This document shows, one piece after another, positions 12,929-26,800 of a DNA stretch of 64,000 bases (position 1 is its first letter; each line of letters begins with the position of its first letter). The notes beneath the pieces are model-generated. The model was not told the DNA's origin. It saw only the letters and a list, made by a program, of their open reading frames with translations, and made no database searches. The position numbers and the translations under genes were made by a program. Source of the stretch: the human T2T-CHM13v2.0 reference genome, Homo sapiens; the NCBI RefSeq assembly GCF_009914755.1, contig NC_060933.1. One strand, written 5' to 3'.

Positions 12929-15900
12929 GTGTATTCAACTAACAGAGATGAACCTTTCTTTTTACAGAGCAGTTTTGAAACACTCTTTTTGTGGAATCTG
13001 AAAGTGGATATTTGGATAGCTTTGCGGATTTCGTTGGAAACGGGATTACATATAAAATCTAGGGAGAAGCATTCTCAGGAACTTCTTTGTGATGTTTGCA
13101 TTCAAGTCACAGAACTGAACATTCCCTTTCATAGAGCAGGTTTGAAACACTCTTTCTGTAGTATCTGCAAGCGGACGTTTTAAGCGCTTTCAGGCCTGTG
13201 GTGAGAAAGGAAATATCTTCAAATAAAAACTAGACAGAAGCATTCTCAGAAACTTATTTGCGATGTGTGTCCTCAACTAACAGAGTTGAACCTTTCTTTT
13301 GATACAACATTTTGGAAACACTCTTTTTGTAGAATCTGCAAGTGGATATTTGGATAGCTTTGAAGGTTTCGTTGGAAACGGCAATATCTTCATATGAAAT
13401 CAAGACAGAAGCATTCTCAGAAACTTCTCTGTGATGTTTGCATTCAACTCATAGAGTTGAACACTTCCCTTCATACAGCAGGTTTGAAACACTCTTTTTG
13501 TAATATTTGGAAGTGGACATTTGCAGCGCTTTGAGGCCTATGTTGAAAAAGGAAATATCTTCTCCTAAAAACCAGACAGAAGCATTCTCAGAAACTTCCT
13601 TGTGATGTGTGTACTCAAGTAACAGAGTTGAACCTTCCTTTTGACAGAGCAGTTTTGAACCACTCTTTTTGTAGAATCTGCAAGTGGATATTTTGATACC
13701 TTTGAGGATTTCGTTGGACACGGGATATCTTCATATAAAATCTAGACAGAAGCATTCTCAGAAACTTCTTTGTGCTGTATGTCCTCAATTAACAGAGTTG
13801 AACCTTTGTGTGGATACAGCATTTTGGAAACATTCCTTTAGTAGAATCTGCAAGTTGATATTTAGATAGCTAGGAAGATTTCCTTGGAAACGGGAATATC
13901 TTCATATAAAATCTAGACGGAAGCATTCTCAGAAAGTGCTTTGTGATGTTTGCATTCAAGTCACAGAGTTGAATATTCCCTTTTATAGAGCAGGTTTGAA
14001 ACACTCTTTCTGCACTACCTGGAAGTGGACATTTGGAGCGCTTTGAGGCCTATGTTGAAAAAGGAAATATCTTCCCATAAAAACTAGACAGAAGCATTCT
14101 CAGAAACTTGTTTGTGATGTGTGTATTCAACTAACAGAGATGAACCTTTCTTTTTACAGAGCAGTTTTGAAACACTCTTTTTGTGGAATCTGAAAGTGGA
14201 TATTTGGATAGCTTTGAGGATTTCGTTGGAAACGGGATTACATATAAAACCTAGAGAGAAGCATTCTCAGGAACTTCTTTGTGATGTTTGCCTTCAAGTC
14301 ACAGGACTGAACATTCCCTTTCATAGAGCAGGTTTGAAACACTCTTTCTGTAGTATCTGCAAGCTGACGTTTCAAGCGCTTTCAGGCCTATGGTGAGAAA
14401 GGAAATATCTTCAAGTAAAAACTAGACAGAAGCATTCTCAGAAACTTATTTGAGATGTGTGTTCTCAACTAACAGAGTTGAACCTTTGTTTCGATATGGC
14501 ATTTTGGAAACACTCTTTTTGTAAAATCTGCAGGTGGATATTCGGATAGCTTTGAAGGTTTCGTTGGAAACGGGAATATCTTCATATAAAATCTAGACGG
14601 AAGCATTCTCAGAAACTGCTTTGTGATGTTTTCATTCAAGTCACAGAGTAGAATGTTCCCTGTTATATACCAGGTTTGAGACACTCTTTCTGCACTACCT
14701 GGAAGTGGACGTTTGGAGCGCTTTGAGGCCTATGTTGAAAAAGGAAATATCTTCCCATAAAAACTAGACAGAAGCATTCTCAGAAACTTGTTTGTGATGT
14801 GTGTATTCAACTAACAGGGATGAACCTTTCTTATTACAGAGCAGTTTTGAAACACTCTTTTTGTGGAATCTGAAAGTGGATATTTGGATAGCTTTGAGGA
14901 TTTCGTTGGAAACGGGATTACATATAAAACCTAGAGAGAAGCATTCTCAGGAACTTCTTTGTGATGTTTGCATTCAAGTCACAGGACTGAACATTCCCTT
15001 TCATAGAGCAGGTTTGAAACACTCTTTCTGTAGTATCTGCAAGCTGACGTTTCAAGCGCTTTCAGGCCTATGGTGAGAAAGGAAACATCTTCAAGTAAAA
15101 ACTAGACAGAAGCATTCTCAGAAACTTATTTGCCATGTGTGTTCTCAACTAACAGAGTTGAACCTTTGTTTTGATACGGCATTTTGGAAACACTCTTTTT
15201 GTAGAATCTGCAGGTGGATATTCGGATAGCTTTGAAGGTTTCGTTGGAAACGGGAATATCTTCATATAAAATCTAGACGGAAGCATTCTCAGAAACTGCT
15301 TTGTGATGTTTTCATTCAAGTCACAGAGTAGAATGTTCCCTGTTATATACCAGGTTTGAGACACTCTTTCTGCACTACCTGGAAGTGGACGTTTGGAGCG
15401 CTTTGAGGCCTATGTTGAAAAAGGAAATATCTTCCCATAAAAACTAGACAGAAGCATTCTCAGAAACTTGTTTGTGATGTGTGTATTCAACTAACAGGGA
15501 TGAACCTTTCTTATTACAGAGCAGTTTTGAAACACTCTTTTTGTGGAATCTGAAAGTGGATATTTGGATAGCTTTGAGGATTTCGTTGGAAACGGGATTA
15601 CATATAAAACCTAGAGAGAAGCATTCTCAGGAACTTCTTTGTGATGTTTGCATTCAAGTCACAGAACTGAACATTCCCTTTCATAGAGCATGTTTGAAAC
15701 ACTCTTTCTGTAGTATCTGCAAACGGACATTTCAAACGCTTTCAGGCCTATGGTGAGAAAGGAAATATCTTCAAATAAAAACTAGACAGAAGCATTCTCA
15801 GAAACTTGTTTGCGATGTGTTTCCTCAACTAACAGAGTTGAACCTTTCTTTTGATACAACATTTTGGAAACACTCTTTTTGTAGAATCTGCAAGTGGATA

Positions 15901-16160
15901 TTTGGATAGCTTTGAAGGTTTCTTTGGAAACGGGAATATCTTCATATAAAATCAAGACAGAAGCATTCTCAGAAACTTCTCTGTGATGTTTGCATTCAAC
16001 TCATAGAGTTGAACACTTCCCTTCATACAGCAGGTTTGAAACACTCTTTTTGTAATATTTGGAAGTGGACATTTGCAGCGCTTTGAGGCCTATGATGAAA
16101 AAGGTAATATCTTCCCATAAAAACTAGACAGAAGCATTCTCAGAAACTTGTTTGTGATGT
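12929..16160 (+). repeat. 19-mer HOR variant C-A-A-B (3232 bp)
   Basis: Same order and length at 52569-55800. Confidence 0.92.
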
Positions 16161-19100
16161 GTGTATTCAACTAACAGAGATGAACCTTTCTTTTTACAGA
16201 GCAGTTTTGAAACACTCTTTTTGTGGAATCTGAAAGTGGATATTTGGATAGCTTTGCGGATTTCGTTGGAAACGGGATTACATATAAAATCTAGGGAGAA
16301 GCATTCTCAGGAACTTCTTTGTGATGTTTGCATTCAAGTCACAGAACTGAACATTCCCTTTCATAGAGCAGGTTTGAAACACTCTTTCTGTAGTATCTGC
16401 AAGCGGACGTTTTAAGCGCTTTCAGGCCTGTGGTGAGAAAGGAAATATCTTCAAATAAAAACTAGACAGAAGCATTCTCAGAAACTTATTTGCGATGTGT
16501 GTCCTCAACTAACAGAGTTGAACCTTTCTTTTGATACAACATTTTGGAAACACTCTTTTTGTAGAATCTGCAAGTGGATATTTGGATAGCTTTGAAGGTT
16601 TCGTTGGAAACGGGAATATCTTCATATGAAATCAAGACAGAAGCATTCTCAGAAACTTCTCTGTGATGTTTGCATTCAACTCATAGAGTTGAACACTTCC
16701 CTTCATACAGCAGGTTTGAAACACTCTTTTTCTAATATTTGGAAGTGGACATTTGCAGCGCTTTGAGACCTATGTTGAAAAAGGAAATATCTTCTCCTAA
16801 AAACCAGACAGAAGCATTCTCAGAAACTTCCTTGTGATGTGTGTACTCAAGTAACAGAGTTGAACCTTCCTTTTGACAGAGCAGTTTTGAAGCACTCTTT
16901 TTGTAGAATCTGCAAGTGGATATTTTGATACCTTTGAGGATTTCGTTAGACACGGGATATCTTCATATAAAATCTAGACAGAAGCATTCTCAGAAACTTC
17001 TTTGTGCTGTATGTCCTCAATTAACAGAGTTGAACCTTTGTGTGGATACAGCATTTTGGAAACATTCCTTTAGTAGAATCTGCAAGTTGATATTTAGATA
17101 GCTAGGAAGATTTCCTTGGAAACGGGAATATCTTCATATAAAATCTAGACGGAAGCATTCTCAGAAAGTGCTTTGTGATGTTTGCATTCAAGTCACAGAG
17201 TTGAATATTCCCTTTTATAGAGCAGGTTTGAAACACTCTTTCTGCACTACCTGGAAGTGGACATTTGGAGCGCTTTGAGGCCTATGTTGAAAAAGGAAAT
17301 ATCTTCCCATAAAAACTAGACAGAAGCATTCTCAGAAATTTGTTTGTGATGTGTGTATTCAACTAACAGAGATGAACCTTTCTTTTTACAGAGCAGTTTT
17401 GAAACACTCTTTTTGTGGATTCTGAAAGTGGATATTTGGATAGCTTTGAGGATTTTGTTGGAAACGGGATTACATATAAAACCTAGAGAGAAGCATTCTC
17501 AGGAACTTCTTTGTGATGTTTGCATTCAAGTCACAGAACTGAACATTCCCTTTCATAGAGCAGGTTTGAAACACTCTTTCTGTAGTATCTGCAAGCTGAC
17601 GTTTCAAGCGCTTTCAGGCCTATGGTGAGAAAGGAAATATCTTCAAGTAAAAACTAGACAGAAGCATTCTCAGAAACTTATTTGCGATGTGTGTTCTCAA
17701 CTAACAGAGTTGAACCTTTGTTTTGATATGGCATTTTGGAAACACTCTTTTTGTAGAATCTGCAGGTGGATATTCGGATAGCTTTGAACGTTTCGTTGGA
17801 AACGGGAATATCTTCATATAAAATCTAGACGGAAGCATTCTCAGAAACTGCTTTGTGATGTTTTCATTCAAGTCACAGAGTAGAATGTTCCCTGTTATAT
17901 ACCAGGTTTGAGACACTCTTTCTGCACTACCTGGAAGTGGACATTTGCAGCGCTTTGAGGCCTATGATGACAAAGGAAATATCTTCCCATAAAAACTAGA
18001 CAGAAGCATTCTCAGAAACTTGTTTGTGATGTGTGTATTCAACTAACAGAGATGAACCTTTCTTTTTACAGAGCAGTTTTGAAACACTCTTTTTGTGGAA
18101 TCTGAAAGTGGATATTTGGATAGCTTTGAGGATTTCGTTGGAAACGGGATTACATATAAAATCTAGAGAGAAGCATTCTCAGGAACTTCTTTGTGATGTT
18201 TGCATTCACGTCACAGAACTGAACATTCCCTTTCATAGAGCATGTTTGAAACACTCTTTCTGTAGTATCTGAAAACGGACATTTCAAACGCTTTCAGGCC
18301 TATGGTGAGAAAGGAAATATCTTCAAATAAAAACTAGACAGAAGCATTCTCAGAAACTTATTTGCGATGTGTGTCCTCAACTAACAGAGTTGAACCTTTC
18401 TTTTGATACAACATTTTGGAAACACTCTTTTTGTAGAATCTGCAAGTGGATATTTGAATAGCTTTGAAGGTTTCGTTGGAAACGGGAATATCTTCATATA
18501 AAATCAAGACAGAAGCATTCTCAGAAACTTCTCTGTGATGTTTGCATTCAACTCATAGAGTTGAACACTTCCCTTCATACAGCAGGTTTGAAACACTCTT
18601 TTTGTAATATTTGGAAGTGGACATTTGCAGCGCTTTGAGGCCTATGATGAAAAAGGAAATATCTTCCCATAAAAACTAGACAGAAGCATTCTCAGAAACT
18701 TGTTTGTGATGTGTGTATTCAACTAACAGAGATGAACCTTTCTTTTTACAGAGCAGTTTTGAAACACTCTTTTTGTGGAATCTGAAAGTGGATATTTGGA
18801 TAGCTTTGCGGATTTCGTTGGAAACGGGATTACATATAAAATCTAGGGAGAAGCATTCTCAGGAACTTCTTTGTGATGTTTGCATTCAAGTCACAGAACT
18901 GAACATTCCCTTTCATAGAGCAGGTTTGAAACACTCTTTCTGTAGTATCTGCAAGCGGACGTTTTAAACGCTTTCAGGCCTGTGGTGAGAAAGGAAATAT
19001 CTTCAAATAAAAACTAGACAGAAGCTTTCTCAGAAACTTATTTGCGATGTGTGTCCTCAACTAACAGAGTTGAACCTTTCTTTTGATACAACATTTTGGA

Positions 19101-22100
19101 AACACTCTTTTTGTAGAATCTGCAAGTGGATATTTGGATAGCTTTGAAGGTTTCGTTGGAAACGGGAATATCTTCATATGAAATCAAGACAGAAGCATTC
19201 TCAGAAACTTCTCTGTGATGTTTGCATTCAACTCATAGAGTTGAACACTTCCCTTCATACAGCAGGTTTGAAACACTCTTTTTGTAATATTTGGAAGTGG
19301 ACATTTGCAGCGCTTTGAGGCCTATGTTGAAAAAGGAAATATCTTCTCCTAAAAACCAGACAGAAGCATTCTCAGAAACTTCCTTGTGATGTGTGTACTC
19401 AAGTAACAGAGTTGAACCTTCCTTTTGACAGAGCAGTTTTGAAGCACTCTTTTTGTAGAATCTGCAAGTGGATATTTTGATACCTTTGAGGATTTCGTTG
19501 GACACGGGATATCTTCATATAAAATCTAGACAGAAGCATTCTCAGAAACTTCTTTGTGCTGTATGTCCTCAATTAACAGAGTTGAACCTTTGTGTGGATA
19601 CAGCATTTTGGAAACATTCCTTTAGTAGAATCTGCAAGTTGATATTTAGATAGCTAGGAAGATTTCCTTGGAAACGGGAATATCTTCATATAAAATCTAG
19701 ACGGAAGCATTCTCAGAAAGTGCTTTGTGATGTTTGCATTCAAGTCACAGAGTTGAATATTCCCTTTTATAGAGCAGGTTTGAAACACTCTTTCTGCACT
19801 ACCTGGAAGTGGACATTTGGAGCGCTTTGAGGCCTATGTTGAAAAAGGAAATATCTTCCCATAAAAACTAGACAGAAGCATTCTCAGAAACTTGTTTGTG
19901 ATGTGTGTATTCAACTAACAGAGATGAACCTTTCTTTTTACAGAGCAGTTTTGAAACACTCTTTTTGTGGAATCTGAAAGTGGATATTTGGATAGCTTTG
20001 AGGATTTCGTTGGAAACGGGATTACATATAAAACCTAGAGAGAAGCATTCTCAGGAACTTCTTTGTGATGTTTGCCTTCAAGTCACAGGACTGAACATTC
20101 CCTTTCATAGAGCAGGTTTGAAACACTCTTTCTGTAGTATCTGCAAGCTGACGTTTCAAGCGCTTTCAGGCCTATGGTGACAAAGGAAATATCTTCAAGT
20201 AAAAACTAGACAGAAGCATTCTCAGAAACTTATTTGCCATGTGTGTTCTCAACTAACAGAGTTGAACCTTTGTTTTGATACGGCATTTTGGAAACACTCT
20301 TTTTGTAGAATCTGCAGGTGGATATTCGGATAGCTTTGAAGGTTTCGTTGGAAACGGGAATATCTTCATATAAAATCTAGACGGAAGCATTCTCAGAAAC
20401 TGCTTTGTGATGTTTGCATTCAAGTCACAGAGTAGAATGTTCCCTGTTATATACCAGGTTTGAGACACTCTTTCTGCACTACCTGGAAGTGGACATTTGC
20501 AGCGCTTTGAGGCCTATGATGAAAAAGGAAATATCTTCCCATAAAAACTAGACAGAAGCATTCTCAGAAACTTGTTTGTGATGTGTGTATTCAACTAAAA
20601 GAGATGAACCTTTCTTTTTACAGAGCAGTTTTGAAACACTCTTTTTGTGGAATCTGAAAGTGGATATTTGGATAGCTTTGAGGATTTCGTTGGAAACGGG
20701 ATTAAATATAAAATCTAGAGAGAAGCATTCTCAGGAACTTCTTTGTGATGTTTGCATTCACGTCACAGAACTGAACATTCCCTTTCATAGAGCATGTTTG
20801 AAACACTCTTTCTGTAGTATCTGCAAACGGACATTTCAAACGCTTTCAGGCCTATGGTGAGAAAGGAAATATCTTCAAATAAAAACTAGACAGAAGCATT
20901 CTCAGAAACTTATTTGCGATGTGTGTCCTCAACTAACAGAGTTGAACCTTTCTTTTGATACAACATTTTGGAAACACTCTTTTTGTAGAATCTGCAAGTG
21001 GATATTTGAATAGCTTTGAAAGTTTCGTTGGAAACGGGAATATCTTCATATAAAATCAAGACAGAAGCATTCTCAGAAACTTCTCTGTGATGTTTGCATT
21101 CAACTCATAGAGTTGAACACTTCCCTTCATACAGCAGGTTTGAAACACTCTTTTTGTAATATTTGGAAGTGGACATTTGCAGCGCTTTGAGGCCTATGAT
21201 GAAAAAGGTAATATCTTCCCATAAAAACTAGACAGAAGCATTCTCAGAAACTTGTTTGTGATGTGTGTATTCAACTAACAGAGATGAACCTTTCTTTTTA
21301 CAGAGCAGTTTTGAAACACTCTTTTTGTGGAATCTGAAAGTGGATATTTGGATAGCTTTGCGGATTTCGTTGGAAACGGGATTACATATAAAACCTAGAG
21401 AGAAGCATTCTCAGGAACATCTTTGCGATGTTTGCATTCAAGTCACAGAACTGAACATTCCCTTTCATAGAGCAGGTTTGAAACACTCTTTCTGTAGTAT
21501 CTGCAAGCTGACGTTTCAAGCGCTTTCAGGCCTATGGTGAGAAAGGAAATTTCTTCAAGTAAAAACTAGACAGAAGCATTCTCAGAAACTTATTTGCGAT
21601 GTGTGTTCTCAACTAACAGATTTGAACCTTTGTTTTGATATGGCATTTTGGAAACACTCTTTTTGTAGAATCTGCAGGTGGATATTCGGATAGCTTTGAA
21701 GGTTTCGTTGGAAACGGGAATATCTTCATATAAAATCTAGACGGAAGCATTCTCAGAAACTGCTTTGTGATGTTTTCATTCAAGTCACAGAGTAGAATGT
21801 TCCCTGTTATATACCAGGTTTGAGACACTCTTTCTGCACTACATGGAAGTGGACGTTTGGAGCGCTTTGAGGCCTATGTTGAAAAAGGAAATATCTTCCC
21901 ATAAAAACTAGACAGAAGCATTCTCAGAAACTTGTTTTTGATGTGTGTATTCAACTAACAGAGATGAACCTTTCTTTTTACAGAGCAGTTTTGAAACACT
22001 CTTTTTGTGGAATCTGAAAGTGGATATTTGGATAGCTTTGAGGATTTCGTTGGAAACGGGATTACATATAAAATCTAGAGAGAAGCATTCTCAGGAACTT

Positions 22101-22624
22101 CTTTGTGATGTTTGCATTCACGTCACAGAACTGAACATTCCCTTTCATAGAGCATGTTTGAAACACTTTTTCTGTAGTATCTGCAAACGGACATTTCAAA
22201 CGCTTTCAGGCCTATGGTGAGAAAGGAAATATCTTCAAATAAAAACTAGACAGAAGCATTCTCAGAAACTTATTTGCGATGTGTGTCCTCAACTATCAGA
22301 GTTGAACCTTTCTTTTGATACAACATTTTGGAACCACTCTTTTTGTAGAATCTGCAAGTGGATATTTGAATAGCTTTGAAGGTTTCGTTGGAAACGGGAA
22401 TATCTTCATATAAAATCAAGACAGAAGCATTCTCAGAAACTTCTCTGTGATGTTTGCATTCAACTCATAGAGTTGAACACTTCCCTTCATACAGCAGGTT
22501 TGAAACACTCTTTTTGTAATATTTGGAAGTGGACATTTGCAGCGCTTTGAGGCCTATGATGAAAAAGGAAATATCTTCCCATAAAAACTAGACAGAAGCA
22601 TTCTCAGAAACTTGTTTGTGATGT

Positions 22625-23816
22625 GTGTATTCAACTAACAGAGATGAACCTTTCTTTTTACAGAGCAGTTTTGAAACACTCTTTTTGTGGAATCTGAAAG
22701 TGGATATTTGGATAGCTTTGCGGATTTCGTTGGAAACGGGATTACATATAAAATCTAGGGAGAAGCATTCTCAGGAACTTCTTTGTGATGTTTGCATTCA
22801 AGTCACAGAACTGAACATTCCCTTTCATAGAGCAGGTTTGAAACACTCTTTCTGTAGTATCTGCAAGCGGACGTTTTAAGCGCTTTCAGGCCTGTGGTGA
22901 GAAAGGAAATATCTTCAAATAAAAACTAGACAGAAGCATTCTCAGAAACTTATTTGCGATGTGTGTCCTCAACTAACAGAGTTGAACCTTTCTTTTGATA
23001 CAACATTTTGGAAACACTCTTTTTGTAGAATCTGCAAGTGGATATTTGGATAGCTTTGAAGGTTTCGTTGGAAACGGGAATATCTTCATATGAAATCAAG
23101 ACAGAAGCATTCTCAGAAACTTCCCTGTGATGTTTGCATTCAACTCATAGAGTTGAACACTTCCCTTCATACAGCAGGTTTGAAACACTCTTTTTCTAAT
23201 ATTTGGAAGTGGACATTTGCAGCGCTTTGAGGCCTATGTTGAAAAAGGAAATATCTTCTCCTAAAAACCAGACAGAAGCATTCTCAGAAACTTCCTTGTG
23301 ATGTGTGTACTCAAGTAACAGAGTTGAACCTTCCTTTTGACAGAGCAGTTTTGAAGCACTCTTTTTGTAGAATCTGCAAGTGGATATTTTGATACCTTTG
23401 AGGATTTCGTTGGACACGGGTTATCTTCATATAAAATCTAGACAGAAGCATTCTCAGAAACTTCTTTGTGCTGTATGTCCTCAATTAACAGAGTTGAACC
23501 TTTGTGTGGATACAGCATTTTGGAAACATTCCTTTAGTAGAATCTGCAAGTTGATATTTAGATAGCTAGGAAGATTTCCTTGGAAACGGGAATATCTTCA
23601 TATAAAATCTAGACGGAAGCATTCTCAGAAAGTGCTTTGTGATGTTTGCGTTCAAGTCACAGAGTTGAATATTCCCTTTTATAGAGCAGGTTTGAAACAC
23701 TCTTTCTGCACTACCTGGAAGTGGACATTTGGAGCGCTTTGAGGCCTATGTTGAAAAAGGAAATATCTTCCCATAAAAACTAGACAGAAGCATTCTCAGA
23801 AACTTGTTTGTGATGT
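22625..23816 (+). repeat. Stand-alone 7-mer HOR (C followed directly by a C-type unit)
   Basis: C-to-C spacing of 1192 bp; also at 37937-39128. Confidence 0.9.
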
Positions 23817-26800
23817 GTGTATTCAACTAACAGAGATGAACCTTTCTTTTTACAGAGCAGTTTTGAAACACTCTTTTTGTGGAATCTGAAAGTGGATATT
23901 TGGATAGCTTTGAGGATTTCGTTGGAAACGGGATTACATATAAAACCTAGAGAGAAGCATTCTCAGGAACTTCTTTGTGATGTTTGCATTCAAGTCACAG
24001 AACTGAACATTCCCTTTCATAGAGCAGGTTTGAAACACTCTTTCTGTAGTATCTGCAAGCGGACGTTTTAAGCGCTTTCAGGCCTGTGGTGAGAAAGGAA
24101 ATATCTTCAAATAAAAACTAGACAGAAGCATTCTCAGAAACTTATTTGCGATGTGTGTCCTCAACTAACAGAGTTGAACCTTTCTTTTGATACAACATTT
24201 TGGAAACACTCTTTTTGTAGAATCTGCAAGTGGATATTTGGATAACTTTGAAGGTTTCGTTGGAAACGGGAATATCTTCATATGAAATCAAGACAGAAGC
24301 ATTCTCAGAAACTTCTCTGTGATGTTTGCATTCAACTCATAGAGTTGAACACTTCCCTTCATACAGCAGGTTTGAAACACTCTTTTTGTAATATTTGGAA
24401 GTGGACATTTGCAGCGCTTTGAGGCCTATGTTGAAAAAGGAAATATCTTCTCCTAAAAACCAGACAGAAGCATTCTCAGAAACTTCCTTGTGATGTGTGT
24501 ACTCAAGTAACAGAGTTGAACCTTCCTTTTGACAGAGCAGTTTTGAAGCACTCTTTTTGTAGAATCTGCAAGTGGATATTTTGATACCTTTGAGGATTTC
24601 GTTGGACACGGGATATCTTCATATAAAATCTAGACAGAAGCATTCTCAGAAACTTCTTTGTGCTGTATGTCCTCAATTAACAGAGTTGAACCTTTGTGTG
24701 GATACAGCATTTTGGAAACATTCCTTTAGTAGAATCTGCAAGTTGATATTTAGATAGCTAGGAAGATTTCCTTGGAAACGGGAATATCTTCATATAAAAT
24801 CTAGACGGAAGCATTCTCAGAAAGTCCTTTGTGATGTTTGCATTCAAGTCACAGAGTTGAATATTCCCTTTTATAGAGCAGGTTTGAAACACTCTTTCTG
24901 CACTACCTGGAAGTGGACATTTGGAGCGCTTTGAGGCCTATGTTGAAAAAGGAAATATCTTCCCATAAAAACTAGACAGAAGCATTCTCAGAAACTTGTT
25001 TGTGATGTGTGTATTCAACTAACAGAGATGAACCTTTCTTTTTACAGAGCAGTTTTGAAACACTCTTTTTGTGGAATCTGAAAGTGGATATTTGGATAGC
25101 TTTGAGGATTTCGTTGGAAACGGGATTACATATAAAACCTAGAGAGAAGCATTCTCAGGAACTTCTTTGTGATGTTTGCATTCAAGTCACAGGACTGAAC
25201 ATTCCCTTTCATAGAGCAGGTTTGAAACACTCTTTCTGTAGTATCTGCAAGCTGACGTTTCAAGCGCTTTCAGGCCTATGGTGAGAAAGGAAATATCTTC
25301 AAGTAAAAACTAGACAGAAGCATTCTCAGAAACTTATTTGAGATGTGTGTTCTCAACTAACAGAGTTGAACCTTTGTTTCGATATGGCATTTTGGAAACA
25401 CTCTTTTTGTAGAATCTGCAGGTGGATATTCGGATAGCTTTGAAGGTTTCGTTGGAAACGGGAATATCTTCATATAAAATCTAGACGGAAGCATTCTCAG
25501 AAACTGCTTTGTGATGTTTTCATTCAAGTCACAGAGTAGAATGTTCCCTGTTATATACCAGGTTAGAGACACTCTTTCTGCACTACCTGGAAGTGGACAT
25601 TTGCAGCGCTTTGAGGCCTATGATGAAAAAGGAAATATCTTCCCATAAAAACTAGACAGAAGCATTCTCAGAAACTTGTTTGTGATGTGTGTATTCAACT
25701 AACAGAGATGAACCTTTCTTTTTACAGAGCAGTTTTGAAACACTCTTTTTGTGGAATCTGAAAGTGGATATTTGGATAGCTTTGAGGATTTCGTTGGAAA
25801 CGGGATTACATATAAAATCTAGAGAGAAGCATTCTCAGGAACTTCTTTGTGATGTTTGCATTCACGTCACAGAACTGAACATTCCCTTTCATAGAGCAGG
25901 TTTGAAACACTCTTTCTGTAGTATCTGCAAACGGACATTTCAAACGCTTTCAGGCCTATGGTGAGAAAGGAAATATCTTCAAATAAAAACTAGACAGAAG
26001 CATTCTCAGAAACTTATTTGCGATGTGTGTCCTCAACTAACAGAGTTGAACCTTTCTTTTGATACAACATTTTGGAAACACTCTTTTTGTAGAATCTGCA
26101 AGTGGATATTTGAATAGCTTTGAAGGTTTCGTTGGAAACGGGAATATCTTCATATAAAATCAAGACAGAAGCATTCTCAGAAACTTCTCTGTGATGTTTG
26201 CATTCAACTCATAGAGTTGAACACTTCCCTTCATACAGCAGGTTTGAAACACTCTTTTTGTAATATTTGGAAGTGGACATTTGCAGCGCTTTGAGGCCTA
26301 TGATGAAAAAGGAAATATCTTCCCATAAAAACTAGACAGAAGCATTCTCAGAAACTTGTTTGTGATGTGTGTATTCAACTAACAGAGATGAACCTTTCTT
26401 TTTACAGAGCAGTTTTGAAACACTCTTTTTGTGGAATCTGAAAGTGGATATTTGGATAGCTTTGCGGATTTCGTTGGAAACGGGATTACATATAAAATCT
26501 AGGGAGAAGCATTCTCAGGAACTTCTTTGTGATGTTTGCATTCAAGTCACAGAACTGAACATTCCCTTTCATAGAGCAGGTTTGAAACACTCTTTCTGTA
26601 GTATCTGCAATCGGACGTTTTAAACGCTTTCAGGCCTGTGGTGAGAAAGGAAATATCTTCAAATAAAAACTAGACAGAAGCTTTCTCAGAAACTTATTTG
26701 CGATGTGTGTCCTCAACTAACAGAGTTGAACCTTTCTTTTGATACAACATTTTGGAAACACTCTTTTTGTAGAATCTGCAAGTGGATATTTGGATAGCTT

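Noticed and set aside
12929-16160. Assignment to chromosome 4 D4Z1 because of 3,232 bp 19-mers
   Set aside because: Only two of 22 complete C-to-C intervals have this length and both are C-A-A-B composites. Length alone is not diagnostic, and alignment to HOR consensus sets is required.
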